From the NCBI RefSeq assembly GCF_001194135.2, contig NC_068982.1, positions 89,772,800 through 89,836,799 on the forward strand: a stretch of DNA of 64,000 nt, in the 5' to 3' direction. This document shows positions 13,308 to 26,300 of the stretch, piece by piece (the stretch's first letter is position 1; each line of letters starts with the position of its first letter). Under the pieces are notes generated by a model. The model did no database searches. It was given only the letters and a program-made list of their open reading frames with translations, and was not told the origin of the DNA. The position numbers were made by a program, and so were the translations under genes. Source of the DNA: Octopus bimaculoides (taxonomy: Eukaryota).

Positions 13308-14200
13308 GGATTTTGCCAATCCACCTCATAATAATTGTTGATAATGCTAAATTTATTAGAGTATTTAATTGAATTTATTTTCTCTACAAGTGAGGGTTCG
13401 TGTCAGGAAGGGAATCTGGTTGCCTAATACAGAATCTGTCTGACCCATGTAAGCATAGAAAAATGGATGTTAAGATGAGGAGGATGATGATGACATTCAG
13501 AGTTTGAATCTGATTTAGATCTAACATAATAATTTTTTATCACTTGCTTTTTTTTCTAGTTAGTTTGCCATACAGATAAAAAAAAGCATGACCTTCATAT
13601 AGTCATAAAGTGTAAAATGTGAGGTGAAGATGAATAATGAAACATGTGAAAAAGAATTGGAGTATGATATAGTATCTAAATATAATGATTAAATTAATTC
13701 TATTCTTTGATTTAATGTTTTATTTTCTTCTCTACATACACATTTCTAATTAACATTTTTGATGCTTGCTGCATTGGGTATATTAATTGTAAGTTGACTG
13801 TTGCTTTATTTTTTTCTTGAATATGCAGATGATGTCTCTGATTAATTAATGTTAAATGCAGTTTACTTCCCAACCACATGGTTCCAGCATCAGTCCTACT
13901 GTGTGGCAACTTGCACAAGTATCTTATACTATAGCCCTGACTTGACCAAAGCTTTGTGAGTAGTTTTGGTAGATGGAAACTGAAAGAAGCCTGAAGCCTG
14001 TTGTATTCTTTTACTTGTTTTAGTAATTTGACTGCAGCCATGCTGGAGCACTGCTTTGAAGGGTATTAGTTGAGCGAATTAACTTGTTCTTTTTTTTAAG
14101 CCTAGTACTTATTCTATTGGTCCCTGTGGTTGAACAGCTAAGTTACATGAACTCACCAACAGGCGGTTATGGGAGGATAAAAAAAGACACAAACACACAC

Positions 14201-14240
<40 letters not shown>

Positions 14241-14529
14241 GTGACAGGTTTGCTTCAGTTTCCATCAACCAAATTTACTCACAAGGCTTTGGTTGGCCTG
14301 AGGCTATAGAAGACACTTGCCCAAGGTTCTATGCAGTAAGACTGAACCCAAAACCATGTGATTGGGAAGCAAGTTTCTTACCACACAGCCATGCCTGTAT
14401 GTATGTAATGTGTGTGTGCGTGTGTGTGCGCGCGCGCGTATGTATGCACTTATACAGTTTGTTTTGTATATATAATTGCATACAGCCATATTTAACATGT
14501 TTATATGTATTCAGATGTAAGAAGACCTT

Positions 14530-14610
14530 TCATTGTTGAAATAGTCCTAAGAAAACCCTTCTCACAGATAAAATATTTGAAAATACGTTCGACTATGAAT
14601 GACACCATGG
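14530..14610 (+). mobile_element. Tiny hAT dimerisation-domain scrap
   Basis: KPFSQIKYLKIRSTMND resembles ERxFSxLKxIK...RSTM. Confidence 0.35.
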
Positions 14611-14623
14611 GATCTAAGGACAT

Positions 14624-15900
14624 CAGGGGCATGCACTCTCAGGCATGTAAGGTATGCGCTGCATGCTCTGTGATTTTTTTATCCATATCATCGGAAAATT
14701 AGATAAAATAGTTACTTTTGTTTCAAAGAAACTCCGTGCAGGTGTTTTCAAAATATTCTGCCTCCCCTTCCCCCTCTCTCACTGACTCGTACGTCTGCTT
14801 TGAGAAGACCACGTAACACCCCCTCTCTGCCTCTTTGTTAGTGTAGAACTGTTGCTAACCTCGTTCCACTTTCTGACCTGGACAAAGGCAATCCCANNNN
14901 NNNNNNNNNNNNNNNNNNNNNNNNNNNNNNNNNNNNNNNNNNNNNNNNNNNNNNNNNNNNNNNNNNNNNNNNNNNNNNNNNNNNNNNNNNNNNNNNNNNN
15001 NNNNNNNNNNNNNNNNNNNNNNNNNNNNNNNNNNNNNNNNNNNNNNNNNNNNNNNNNNNNNNNNNNNNNNNNNNNNNNNNNNNNNNNNNNNNNNNNNNNN
15101 NNNNNNNNNNNNNNNNNNNNNNNNNNNNNNNNNNNNNNNNNNNNNNNNNNNNNNNNNNNNNNNNNNNNNNNNNNNNNNNNNNNNNNNNNNNNNNNNNNNN
15201 NNNNNNNNNNNNNNNNNNNNNNNNNNNNNNNNNNNNNNNNNNNNNNNNNNNNNNNNNNNNNNNNNNNNNNNNNNNNNNNNNNNNNNNNNNNTGTAAACGA
15301 TATTTTGAGAAATAGTTTTTCGAAAAGAGACTTCGATGGAAAACAATTAATTATAAACAGTGGGAGACCAACACCGAATTTACCTAATTTATGAAGCTAC
15401 AAGAAGAAATTCACGAGACAATTTCAGGTTGATTTGTATGAAAAGAAAAAATGGGTAACTGGAAGTGCTACATTTAATAAATTACTCTCTTGGCCTTGTT
15501 TACTTTTTTGTTTAGAAAAGAATGTTTAGAATGATAAAGGTTATGATGATTTAAATAATTTACATATGGCTATGCTAAAGCACGAGCGTTCTCAAAGGCA
15601 TATAAAATCTTTGATAGATCTTAAAATATTTGTGATCTTGTTGAAGCTATGCCAGAACTCTTCAATCTGTGCAAGTTGATTTTGACAATTCCGTCTACCA
15701 CTACTTCTGTAGAGCGATCCTTTTCTGTATTAAGTAGAGTCGAAATATACCAAAGAAATGCGACAGAAGAAAGAAGACTGTCTGGGTTAGCACTAATGTC
15801 AATTGAAAAAGATTTATTACAATTGATGAAAAGAGAAGATCGAAGAATTGAATTAATTTATAAATGAGGTAAATAACATTTTAGAACATTAAAAAAAAAA
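14624..15900 (+). mobile_element. Internally deleted hAT transposon (ZMYM1-like transposase relic) spanning a gap
   Basis: CAGGGGCATGCAC terminus-like start. TTF-type zinc-finger remnant (RQFQVDLYEKKKWVTGS..NKL..PCLLF..KGYDDLNNL..KHERSQRH) is joined directly to the dimerisation motif PELFNLCKLILTIPSTTTSVERSFSVLSRV..R..EERRLSGLALMSIE. Confidence 0.8.
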
Positions 15901-17809
15901 CTTAATATATTAAAGGGCATATATTGCAGGTTTTGGTTAGTGTTTGTTATAACGTAAGTTTCGACCTTCTTACATCAGTATTGTTTCGTAGGAGAAATGG
16001 TTCGACTTCTTCGTCACACCTCACCTACATAGGTTTTCCCTTTCTGTACTGCTGGGTGTAGTCTATTTACGGCTGTAAAAATAAGTGTCTTGTTTCAATC
16101 TCAGAGATGTTGACTTCTGCCACAAGAGTTTTTTTGTCGCGGGTGGGGGTGGGGGCTTTTTACAATGTTGAATTTTGGCAGTCTTTCATTGTGTGTGTAT
16201 TCATGTATATGCGTGTATTTTCAATGTGTGTGCGTGAGACGTAGTCTTTTAATATACGGAGTTCAGTAAGTCTCAGAACAGTCTACTTGAGTTTCAATAA
16301 TTTTCCCCGGAATCAACAAGTAGCATGATAAAGCACCTGACTTGTCTTCGAGAGCGTAACTATCTAAAACCATGGCCATATAATGTAACTAAATGTGTTC
16401 TCTTTATTAAATCAATTCAAATTGATTCAGCTGAACCAATAGGTATAAGGGCTAATGCANNNNNNNNNNCATCTTTATTCCATTTCACTTATGATTTTTA
16501 GACTTTTTTAAGGGAGAGTGAGGATGGGAAAGTACTGACGTTTCGAAGAGAGAGAAAAATACAAACAATACACTTATTTCAGGCTCATCTCTACAGAGCC
16601 ATTTTTTATTCTCTGCTTATTCTAGGTCATACGGGGGTGATTGTATATTCAGAATCTCCCATTTGTAAATCGTAGGAATACGAAAATTCTTTTACTGAAA
16701 AATTGCCAGTGGTGGTGGTGGTTGGTGGTGGGGGGAGAAATTCATTGCATGCCCAACCCCGGAAGTCACCGCATGCCACTGAAGGACATATATGTTTTTG
16801 CTTTCTGTGCACATCATTACTACAGATACAACTTCACCCAACCCTCTAAGAACAATAGTTTTTATTTATAAGAAAAGTAAATAGTACATTTACTGATATA
16901 CATAAAGCTTGATCACTTAGTTCAGTTCTATAGTTTAACATAAGAAAACATTATTCTTCTAAGTGTCACAAATGGAATCTTAGTCACATGATGAAGAGGT
17001 TGATTGTTCAAATCACATCATCAGTGCTATTCTGTATCTTAGATTGAAACTCTTGACAGCCTCGTTGACTGCTTGCTTTCCTATCAACTCTTGACTGTTC
17101 AATTAATTGCCCTGTTAACTATTCAATGAACTTTTAACTATCAAGTGTCCAATGAACCATTGATAGTTCATTTAACTGCTGTCTACTAAACTTTTAACAT
17201 TCCAGTGAACTCTTAGCAGCTCAGTTAACTGTTAATTCTCCAGTAAACAGTTAATACTTTTGTCACCATACAATCAATTTTGAATTACATTCAATTTTGG
17301 AAGTCATGAAGAATTTAGGAAAATGATTGTCATTATTAATCTGGTATTTGGAACATAGCTAAATGATATTTAGATGAAAGGTTTTAATTTTAATCACTTT
17401 AAAACATGAAATTTATATCATAGATTCAGATGAGTTAGTTAGATCTTAGATGTCCAATAATGTTTTAATAATCAGTTAACTTTTGGTAGTCCGCTTAATC
17501 AGTTAACAGTTTAGTCAATTGTCAACAGTACAATTAACTCCTTAATAGTTAATCTATCTTAAACAGTTCAGTTAATAGTTTATTTAATTGCTAACAGTCC
17601 TGTTAACTCTTATCAGTTTAGCCATCTCTTAACAGTCTAATTAATTCTTATTAGTTCAGTCACCTCTTAACAGTCCAATTCATTCTTAATATTCCAAAAA
17701 GATTTTTACAATCCTGCTAGCTCCTAATAGTTCTCTTCATTTAGCTGCGAGTAAATAGTAGACAGTAAAGCATCATTAACAGCACTACAAAATTGAGGAG
17801 TATTTCATT

Positions 17810-18242
17810 ACTCTTACTCTCCTTTACTCTTTTACTTGTTTCAGTCATTTGACTGCGGCCATGCTGGAGCACCGCCTTTTAATCGAGCAAATCGACCCCA
17901 GGACTTATTCTTTGGAAGCCTAGTACTTATTCTATCAGTCTCTTTTGCCGAACTGCTAAGTTACGGGGATGTAAACACACCACCAATGGTTGTCAAGCGA
18001 TGCTGGGGGGGGGGGACAAACACAGACACACAAACATATACACACACCTAGATACATATATATATATATACATATATACGATGGGCTTCTTTCAGTTTCC
18101 GTCTACCAAATTCACTCACAAGGCTTTGGTCGGCCCGAGGTTATAGTAGAAGACACTTGCCCAAGGTGCCATGCAGTGGGATTGAACTCGGAACCATGTG
18201 GTTGGTAAGCAAGCTACTTACCACACAGCCACTCCTGCACCT
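17810..18242 (-). mobile_element. SINE family A, well-preserved full-length copy
   Basis: Reverse complement of the 12058-12570 copy along its whole length. Confidence 0.88.
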
Positions 18243-18661
18243 GTTCACATATTTGATTTAGATTCTTGCTGATGATATGATGTCATTATGAAAGGACTAA
18301 AATAATCACTCTATTTGCAAACAACAAGATATGTATTTCTATTCAGTGAAGAGATTGTGTCTATTGCTTCAGACTGGTGAGCCTGATGAAACCAATGTCC
18401 AGATTGAACATCAGTAGGTCAATGTGTGCACTAAAATGCTTCAAACAGACTAATATCTGCCAAAGTTGTCCAAATAACTATTGATATTAAACCAAGTGGC
18501 ATGGTATGCTTGCCACCCAAAGGATATCCTGGTTTAGTTTAAAAAAATACAGCAATAACAATGACAAACAAGCCAACATAGAAAATCAATAAAAAAATGA
18601 CTCAATAAAAATCTAGTTTCCTATTTTCAAATTGGAAATGTGTATTCCATGTTAGACTTAC

Positions 18662-18915
18662 CTCTCCAAATCTTTGAAGAAGATTCTCAACTGATACTTG
18701 TTTTTTATTTGTTATTGGTCTGATAAGGTCAAGACTAACTTGACGTATGTATTGTGCAGGAGGTATTCGATTGAATAACTCATATTCCGTCTCTGTTAAC
18801 GATAAAGCTACTTCTTCAGGAAAATGAAGAATTTTTTGGATTAATAGAAGTTCTTCAGTATATATATAATTTGTTCCTATATCTGATTGCATCACAAAGT
18901 GCCGCCGGCTATAAT
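18662..18915 (-). CDS. PLCE1: Internal coding exon (phase 1 to phase 0) encoding the start of a CDC25/RasGEF domain of phospholipase C epsilon type; PLC catalytic exons not seen in the window
   Basis: Acceptor tttcatttcattctcttccacAG at 18916 and donor GGAGAG|GTAAGT at 18661. Peptide YSRRHFVMQSDIGTNYIYTEELLLIQKILHFPEEVALSLTETEYELFNRIPPAQYIRQVSLDLIRPITNKKQVSVENLLQRFGE matches recalled human PLCE1 ([23 protein letters not shown].PVDY...RDL...LEDLVMRFNE). The symbol is tentative because only the RasGEF start is visible. Confidence 0.7.
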
Positions 18916-19145
18916 CTGTGGAAGAGAATGAAATGAAAGTTAGTTGTTGTGACAGAAATAATGTAAGCTAAATAAGAAGAAATACAAGAAGGAAGAAGAA
19001 CAAAGAAGAGGGGGCAATAAACACCATGTTTCAATAACAATTGTTATCCTTAAAGGATTTTTAGAGATTCTTGAAGCATGAAATGTAATCAGGTTTATTG
19101 CATTGTCTGTTGTTATTGGTACAAACAAATACCTTATCATTGGTA

Positions 19146-19197
<52 letters not shown>

Positions 19198-20647
19198 GTT
19201 TGTATATGAGATCTTTGGGGTTATTTATTTATTCATTTGTTTGTTTTGCAAATAGAAACCATTCCTAATAATATTTTTCAAATCTCAGTCACTGATATCA
19301 TCCTCCTTCATTCCTGTTATCATCACGATCATCATCATCATCATCATCATCATCAATAGTAGTATCCCATTAGTATCATCATCATCCTTGGTAACATTAT
19401 CATTGCTGTTCAAAGTAATTCTGATGATTAGTATCCTGAACATGATCAATTCAATTAGGATCCTCCTTCTATATCATCATCCTCATCACTATCATCATCA
19501 CCCACCATCATTCTCATCATCATCATCATCATCATCATTTCATTTGTGTTCCTCTATCACTTTCTTGTAATTGGTTGTGCAAGCTAACCAACTTCAAACA
19601 TCTTCAATTCCTCACTACATTGGCATCGAATAACAATGATTAATAACATAGGAATAAGACATAAAATTTGGGGAAATCACAGCTGATTACTGCCATATGA
19701 CATTCTGTGAAGTGCTTTATGCCAATTCTTCCATTTATCACCTCTTCTCTCAGGCAATAACTTTTAAAAATAATTATGAACTACTGTACAGCAAGAAACC
19801 CATTCTGCTCAGTCCCCTTCTCTCATACTTTTGCCCACCTTGCATCTCTCATCTCCTAGCATACATTTTCCCCCACCTCTGGGATTCATAGTCTTGCAAA
19901 CTGTGTAATGACCTCATTAGTGTTGGTGGCATGAAAAAAGCTCCCAGTACACACTGTAAAGTGGTTGGTATTAGGTGAAGATCCAAGCTGTTGAAACCAC
20001 ACTGAAGCAGACACTGAAGTATGATGCAGTTCTTGGGCCTATTGAATTTTGTGAAGCCATCCAACACATGGATCAGGTAGTATATTTTATCTTTGAATAA
20101 GGAGCTTCATTTCACATTGATCCAGTCTACTCAGTTGAAAATGTGCTTATGCCTTGTACCGGTGCCGCGTTGTCTTTTTCTGCTGTCACTTAAGTTCTGA
20201 TGGATTAACGGGAGGGAAGATCAAGAGGTTATCTGTGTCTGCTTATGAATACAAATGCACCGAAGACAGATTTCTTTATTAAGCCATGCAGGGTCGAACA
20301 CAGAGGGAACAATACAATGTAGAAATTTTCTTTTTAAAACCGACCAATAGGAATCATAAACATTTTGGGGCGTGTACACAAAGGATAACAAAGTGTTGTT
20401 TCAAGGCACCTATAATAATTAGCAAAAGCATTGTGCATACTACCAGGTCATACCTGCTTGCAAATATCAGCTATGGGGGTCTTAATATGAGGCTAAAGAC
20501 ATGCCTGAGTTCCAAAAAAGACTAAATCACCTCTTACAGATGACTTTATTTTTACATCTAAAATGATTCTTGTCCATTATTAATACCATTTTTACAATTA
20601 TTTTTTTTAATGCCCTTTGTGATAAATGTTTCAACACTAACTTAACT

Positions 20648-20848
20648 ATTGTAATGTTATTATCAGTCCAATATGCTTGAGGCACATTCAAACTGGAGAA
20701 CAAGCTACTCACTGCATTTTGTCACAGTAAATATATCACACCATTTGTCAACAAATGGATATATTTTCTGTGACAAAACACAGTGAGTAGCTTGTTCTCC
20801 AGTTTGAATTTACCTCAAGTATATTCGGACTGATAATAACATTACAAT
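20648..20848. repeat. Long imperfect palindrome (~95-bp arms, tiny loop)
   Basis: attgtaatgttattatcagtcc..caaactggagaacaagctactcactg..ttgtcacag pairs with ctgtgacaa..cagtgagtagcttgttctccagtttg..ggactgataataacattacaat. Confidence 0.92.
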
Positions 20849-21714
20849 TTTACTTATCACTGCTTAGCACTCCCCCTCTGTAACTTAACTATTGTCTTAT
20901 GCAGATTGAGTCTAAGATTAATTTTATTTCTGGAACATTTGAATTTTCTTATGCCAACAAGTGCGCCCTATTTTATTTTTACCTACATAATACCTACATA
21001 TCACTTTGCTGAGGAGGTCAAATAAGACCAAAACAGGTCAGGAGTTGTTTACCATACTTGACAAAAGAGCTAAATTAGTATTAGTCAATAAGAATGATAG
21101 ATATTGAATTTTTCCTCATCACAGAATTATTTCTAATTGAATTTTTTATATTTCTTATATTAAATATTTTAACAATAACTTTGCTAATATAATATAAGGC
21201 TTGTTTGGATAAGATTATCCAATGATTATTAGCATCACAGAGTCTGCAAGGATAATGGATTCAGTTACCTTCCTTCATTTTGAAGTACACAGGCATAGCT
21301 CTCACTTGCAAGAGAGCATGACTTGGTAGCAGTATCATGCTTTCATTAATTGCTTTAGGTGTTTATGTCATCATAAGTTGGCATAAACAGCTTCTCAATC
21401 TTCCCAGCCTTGATCCAACAGAATGTGAAGATGTGATAGTTGGGGAGAGAGAGAGAGAGAGAAAGGGCTACCCCCTGTACTTGGATATTACTCTTGTTTT
21501 TGTTGAGTAGACCAGAGTAACATAAAATGAAGTGCCTTGCTCAAAGATACAATCTGCTGGAATCAAACTTACAACCTTGTGCTCACAAAACAATACCTTA
21601 ATCCTCTAGGTCATGTGCCCTCACAAGGCAATGTGTCTAAACAATCAAATAAGAAAAAATTGAAGTCTGGGGTTGTAAAACTGATCCAAAATAAAGGAGG
21701 ACAAATTCCTGCTG

Positions 21715-24212
21715 ATGACCAGGTATTTAAGGACATCCTAATTGAGAAATTTGATGAGAGGGAGGAGGAGCTACAGACTTGTGACATAGAAAGCAACTGG
21801 AAATTCCTGTGGAACAGCTTACTGAGTACCACAGACCGGGCGAAATGCTTAGTGGTATTTCGTCTGCCGCTATGTTCTGAGTTCAAATTCCGCCAAGGTC
21901 GACTTTGCCTTTCATCCTTTCAGGGTCGATAAATTAAGTACCAGTTATGCACTGGGGTCGATGTAATGGACTTAATCCCTTTGTCTGTCGTCCTTGTTTG
22001 TCCCCTCTATGTTTAGCCCCTTGTGGGCAATGAAGAAATAAGATAGTGTGTAAGAGAAAATTGTGATGTCACAGGAGAAAAATGTGTCTGCATGGATGAT
22101 GGTGCACTTGCATTTAATGATTCTGCAAAGAAAGAAGCTTGGAGATGCCATTATGAAAGACTGCTGAATGTGGAAAATGAATGGGAGGAGGTGAGTCTGC
22201 CAAATGTTGACCCAATTGCAGGACCAGCTACCCGAATTGACAGTACCTTGGTAGATAAAGTAATTAAGGATATAAAGTCAGGGAAAGCTCCTGGTCCATC
22301 AGGAATTACCACTCGAGATGCTTAAAATATTTGGTGGTGTGGGTTATCAGGTGGTTTACAAAGGCGTCATACCCAATGATTGGTGTAGCAGCACCATAGT
22401 CAACTGCTACAAAGGTAAAGGTGATGCCTTAGAAATAATTACAGAGGTATCAAATTGTTGGATCAGGTGATGAAAGTTACAGAGAGGGTCACAGCCCAAC
22501 TAATTAGGGAGAGAATTAGTCTACATGAGATGCAGTTTGGTTTTGTGCCAGGGAGAAGCATCACTGAAGCTATATTTCCGGTAAGGCAGCTTCAAGAGAA
22601 ATACCTAGTCAAAGATAAACTTACTTCTGTACCTGGCTTTCGTTGACTTGGAGAAAGCCTTTGACAGAGTCCCCTGATCCCTTACCTGGCAGTCAATGTA
22701 AAAATTAAAGATAGATGAGTGGTTGGTGAGAGCTGTACAATCCCTGTACAGGGACGCTACTAGTAAGGTGAGGGTTTGCAATGAGTTCAGCAAAGATTTC
22801 AGGGTACAAATAGGGGTTCACCAAGGATCGGTTCTCAGTCCCCTCTTATTCATCATAGTCCTCCAGGTAATAACAGAGGAATTTAATACAGGCTGCCCTT
22901 GGAAGCTCCTCTATGCTGATGACCTTACTCTTATAGCTGAATCATTACCAGAACTAGAGAAGAAGTTCCAGGTATGGAAGCAAGGTCTAGAATTGAAGGG
23001 CCTTAGAGTTAACCTAGCAAACACCAAAAGTCTTAGTAAGTAGGAAGGTAAACAAATCACAAATCCCTTCAGGTAGATGGCCCTGCTCAATCTGTAGAAA
23101 AGGCATAAGTAGAAACTCCATACGATGCACCCGGTTTAAGCTTTGGATACATAAAAGGTGCAATAATATCAGAGGAAGGTTAATAGGGAAAATAGCTTTT
23201 GTATGTGGAAGATGCACAAGTACAATGAACACCGAAAATATACAGAATATAGACTCCATCAACTGCCGGTGAGGTAAGCTAGAGGTAATAGATAGCTTCT
23301 GTTATCTAGGTGACCAAGTTAGTAGTGTCGGTGGATGCTGTGAGAATGTAGCTGTGAGAATAAGATTAGGCTGGACAAAGTTCAGAGAGCTCCTACCTCT
23401 GCTGGCAACTGTCAGAGTGAAAGGAAAATTGTATGATGCCTGTATGGGAACAGCTATGCTACATGGCAGGGAAACATGGGCTGTAACAGCCGAGGACATG
23501 TGTAGGATTGAAAGGAATGAAGTCAGTATGCTTTAATGGATGTGCAATGTCAGTGTGCATGTTCGACAGAGTGTAAGCATCTTGAGAGAAAAGTTAGGCA
23601 TAAGAGGCATGAGATATGATGTGCAAGAGAGACAACTGGGCTGGTATGGTCATGTGACGTGAATGGACAAGGACAGCTGTGTAAGGAAGTGCCAAACTAT
23701 AACTGTGGAGGGAACCTGTGGTAGAGGTAGATCCAGGAAGACATGGGATGAGGTGGTGAAGCATGATATTTGAACTTTGGACCTCACAGAGGCAATGACT
23801 TTGGCAATATGCTGTACTTAAAGAGACCTGTCAATCCAAGTGAAATCATAGGCATGGCTGATGCTGGTGTCATGTAACTGGCATGTGAAAAGCACCTTTT
23901 GAGCATTGGGTCTCGCAGAGGCAATGACCAAGATATTCGGCATTATATTGTACTTGAGAAGAAGACCCATCAAGCTGAGTAAGATCAAAGTCATGGCAGA
24001 TACCAGTGTCATGCAAATAGCACCCGTGCTGGTGGCATGTAAACGCACACATTACACTTTTGGAGTGGTTGGCGTTAGGAAGGGCATCCAGCCATAGAAA
24101 CCATGCCAAATCAGACTGGAGTCTGGTGCAGCCTTCCGGCTTGCCAGCCATGGTCAAACTGCCCAACCCATGCCAGCATGACGACAGATGTTAAATGATG
24201 ATGATGATGATA
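21715..24212 (+). mobile_element. RTE-clade LINE, disrupted ORF (RT domain and C-terminus) with 3' UTR and (GAT)n tail; SINE nested at 21836-22042
   Basis: Frameshifted RT motifs KAPGPSG, QFGFVPGRS, VDLEKAFDRVP, GVHQGSVLSPLLF, LLYADDL, then RIRLGWTKFREL, MLHGRETWAVT and WYGHV. Confidence 0.92.
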
Positions 24213-25029
24213 ATGATCATTATGAAGGTGTTAAGCTCATGTTCCCGGATTAGGCAGCTTGTCTTGTTTTAAAAGATAGAATATTCAGTTTTACTTTGCA
24301 ATGTGTTTATCTGAAAAGGATCTACAACTGGTCTCCAGGATCTGTGGTTTGGTGTATTCTAAGAAAAATAGAGCAAGGTTCAGTAAGGAATTTAGCATTC
24401 ATGTAAAGGATCGTGAAACATCTGCTCATAGGCACTTCTGTTCTATTGAACTTTTGAATTTAGAACTTAGTGTCTCCGAGAATATTAATTTTATGACCTG
24501 GTTTACAATGAACAAGCTCTGAGGAAGATAGGTGTGTGTAGGGGTGGTGGTAGATAAACCAAATGGACATGGTTAAGGGGTTTTTGTTCAAGAAGCTACG
24601 AAGTAGAATCAAAGACTCATTATAATTGCAAAGCAAACTTCTTAATTACTCGTGTGTGTGTGTGTGTCTCATCATTAGTATCATTCTAATGTCTACTTTT
24701 TCATACCAGTATGGGTCAAACGAAATTTGTTATCACCAATCCTACCTATTTCCTAGTAACACAATATTTCACCTAGTCCTTTGAACATGAACAGTACAAT
24801 AATCAGGTATGATTTCACAGAAAATAGCAAACTACTGAGACAGTGTCTTTGAAGGTGACTTGGATTTGCAATTAACATGCCCTGTCAAGACAAGGAGACT
24901 TGTCTTGATAATGCATGTTAATAGTGAATAAATGTCACTGCACACACACATATGCACACACATGCATGCACACACATGCATGCACACACATGCATGCATG
25001 ATGGCTTCTCACTATTTCTGTCTATCAAA

Positions 25030-26060
25030 TCTGCTTGCAAGGCTTAAGAATGCAAGAAAAGTATTGTTATTTCTAGTAATTTTAACTGGGTGTAAAAGAA
25101 AGGTGATGAACTCTAATATTGCAAAAGAAACCTATATCAGAAATGAAACTGTGGATCTAATTGGGCTAACTATCCTATATAAGCTAAGCAATGAAGTAAA
25201 AGAGGTCAATGTATGATTATATTGGAACAGTGGAGTTGTCAAAGTAGTTTCTAACCAAAATGGACATAATATGGATCATATTAAGAAAAATATCTAATCT
25301 AAAAATCACTATCCACTCTAATCTTGGAACAGTTACTTGCTTAGACATCCCCATGGACTATAATATTATAATTATTATCATCTCCTATAAACTAAATGAA
25401 GAAATCACCTTCATAAATAGAGGCTCCAACTACTTATTTTATGTTATTAAACAGGTCACCAAAAAGTATAAGCAAACATTTCTAGCTTATATTCAGATAA
25501 AGCTACCCTACACTACAATACCTAACACACTAGCAAGGTCTGACTTCAATGAGTGTATCATCTATATTGAATTCACCCAACTATATCTAGAAGACACAAG
25601 TATAAAGGATTTGTGGTTCAATTGATCATATAAAATGAGCATAACTACAAACATAGCTTGATGTTTCTTCACCCTAGTCAACATTCACTTCTCACAAATA
25701 CATAGATGTTCTAAAGTATTTAATTGTAGTACTGTTAAAGTAAGTTATAACTGTCTACCTAATCTTGATTCATAAATCTTTGACCACAACAAAAAAGTTT
25801 AACTTAAGTAACACCCCCACAAGATTTATGCTTTCAGTCATCGTTTTAACAGAAAATGCTTTAAGAAAGAAATGATACACAGAAAAGACTTTTCCAGTGT
25901 ATACAGTTTAACAGAATCCACTATTGGACTCACGGAGAACATCTTTAAAGTAGTCATCCAAATCCCTTCTTTTCCTTTGGCAACTCCTGTGCACACAAGC
26001 CACACTCTAACAGCTACATAAAACTCACAAATATTACACAAATAACCCACGATCTATATA
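25030..26060 (+). mobile_element. Penelope-like element relic: RT thumb, linker and C-terminal GIY-YIG endonuclease
   Basis: Decayed motifs ETVDLIGLTILYKL, LKITIHSNLGTVTCLD, YKLNEEITFINRGSN..VIKQ, LARSDF, LWFN, KVFN.STVKVSY.CLPN, HNKK and IGLTENIFK, in Penelope/Poseidon order. Confidence 0.75.
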
Positions 26061-26222
26061 AGACTACAAAATGGTGGTGAGCTGACAAAATTGCTAGCAT
26101 GCTGAGCAAAATGCTTTGTGGCAATTCGTTTGTGTTTATGGTCCACCAAGCTTGACCTTGCCTTTCATCCTTTTGGGATTATTAAAATAAGTTTTTAACT
26201 ACAAAGCCATGCCCACAGCTAA

Positions 26223-26224
<2 letters not shown>

Positions 26225-26281
<57 letters not shown>

Positions 26282-26300
26282 TGTGTATGTGTGTGTGTGT
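26225..26300. repeat. (TG)n microsatellite, representative of many: (TA)n at 3438, 19148, 33855, 38711 and 44491; (TAT)n at 40785; (CAT/GAT)n at 19320-19540, 35760-35955 and 39380-39430; (CA)n at 6693, 7140 and 38200
   Basis: Directly visible simple repeats. Confidence 0.95.

Noticed and set aside
15951-15983. Hammerhead-like CTGATG..GAAAC string on the minus strand
   Set aside because: The core reads CTGATGT rather than CTGATGA, and stems I and II do not pair. At most a relic; the similar string near 56560-56590 is weaker still.
1-18661. Expected next RasGEF exon (xSxWV..IL..CWNxGN) downstream of 18662
   Set aside because: I scanned the minus strand by eye and found no phase-0 exon with these motifs. 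It may lie in a gap or left of the window, so gene identity remains provisional.
24301-24522. Protein-looking 73-aa plus-strand ORF
   Set aside because: No recognisable motif or splice sites, and it is antisense within the host intron. ORFs of this length are expected by chance.
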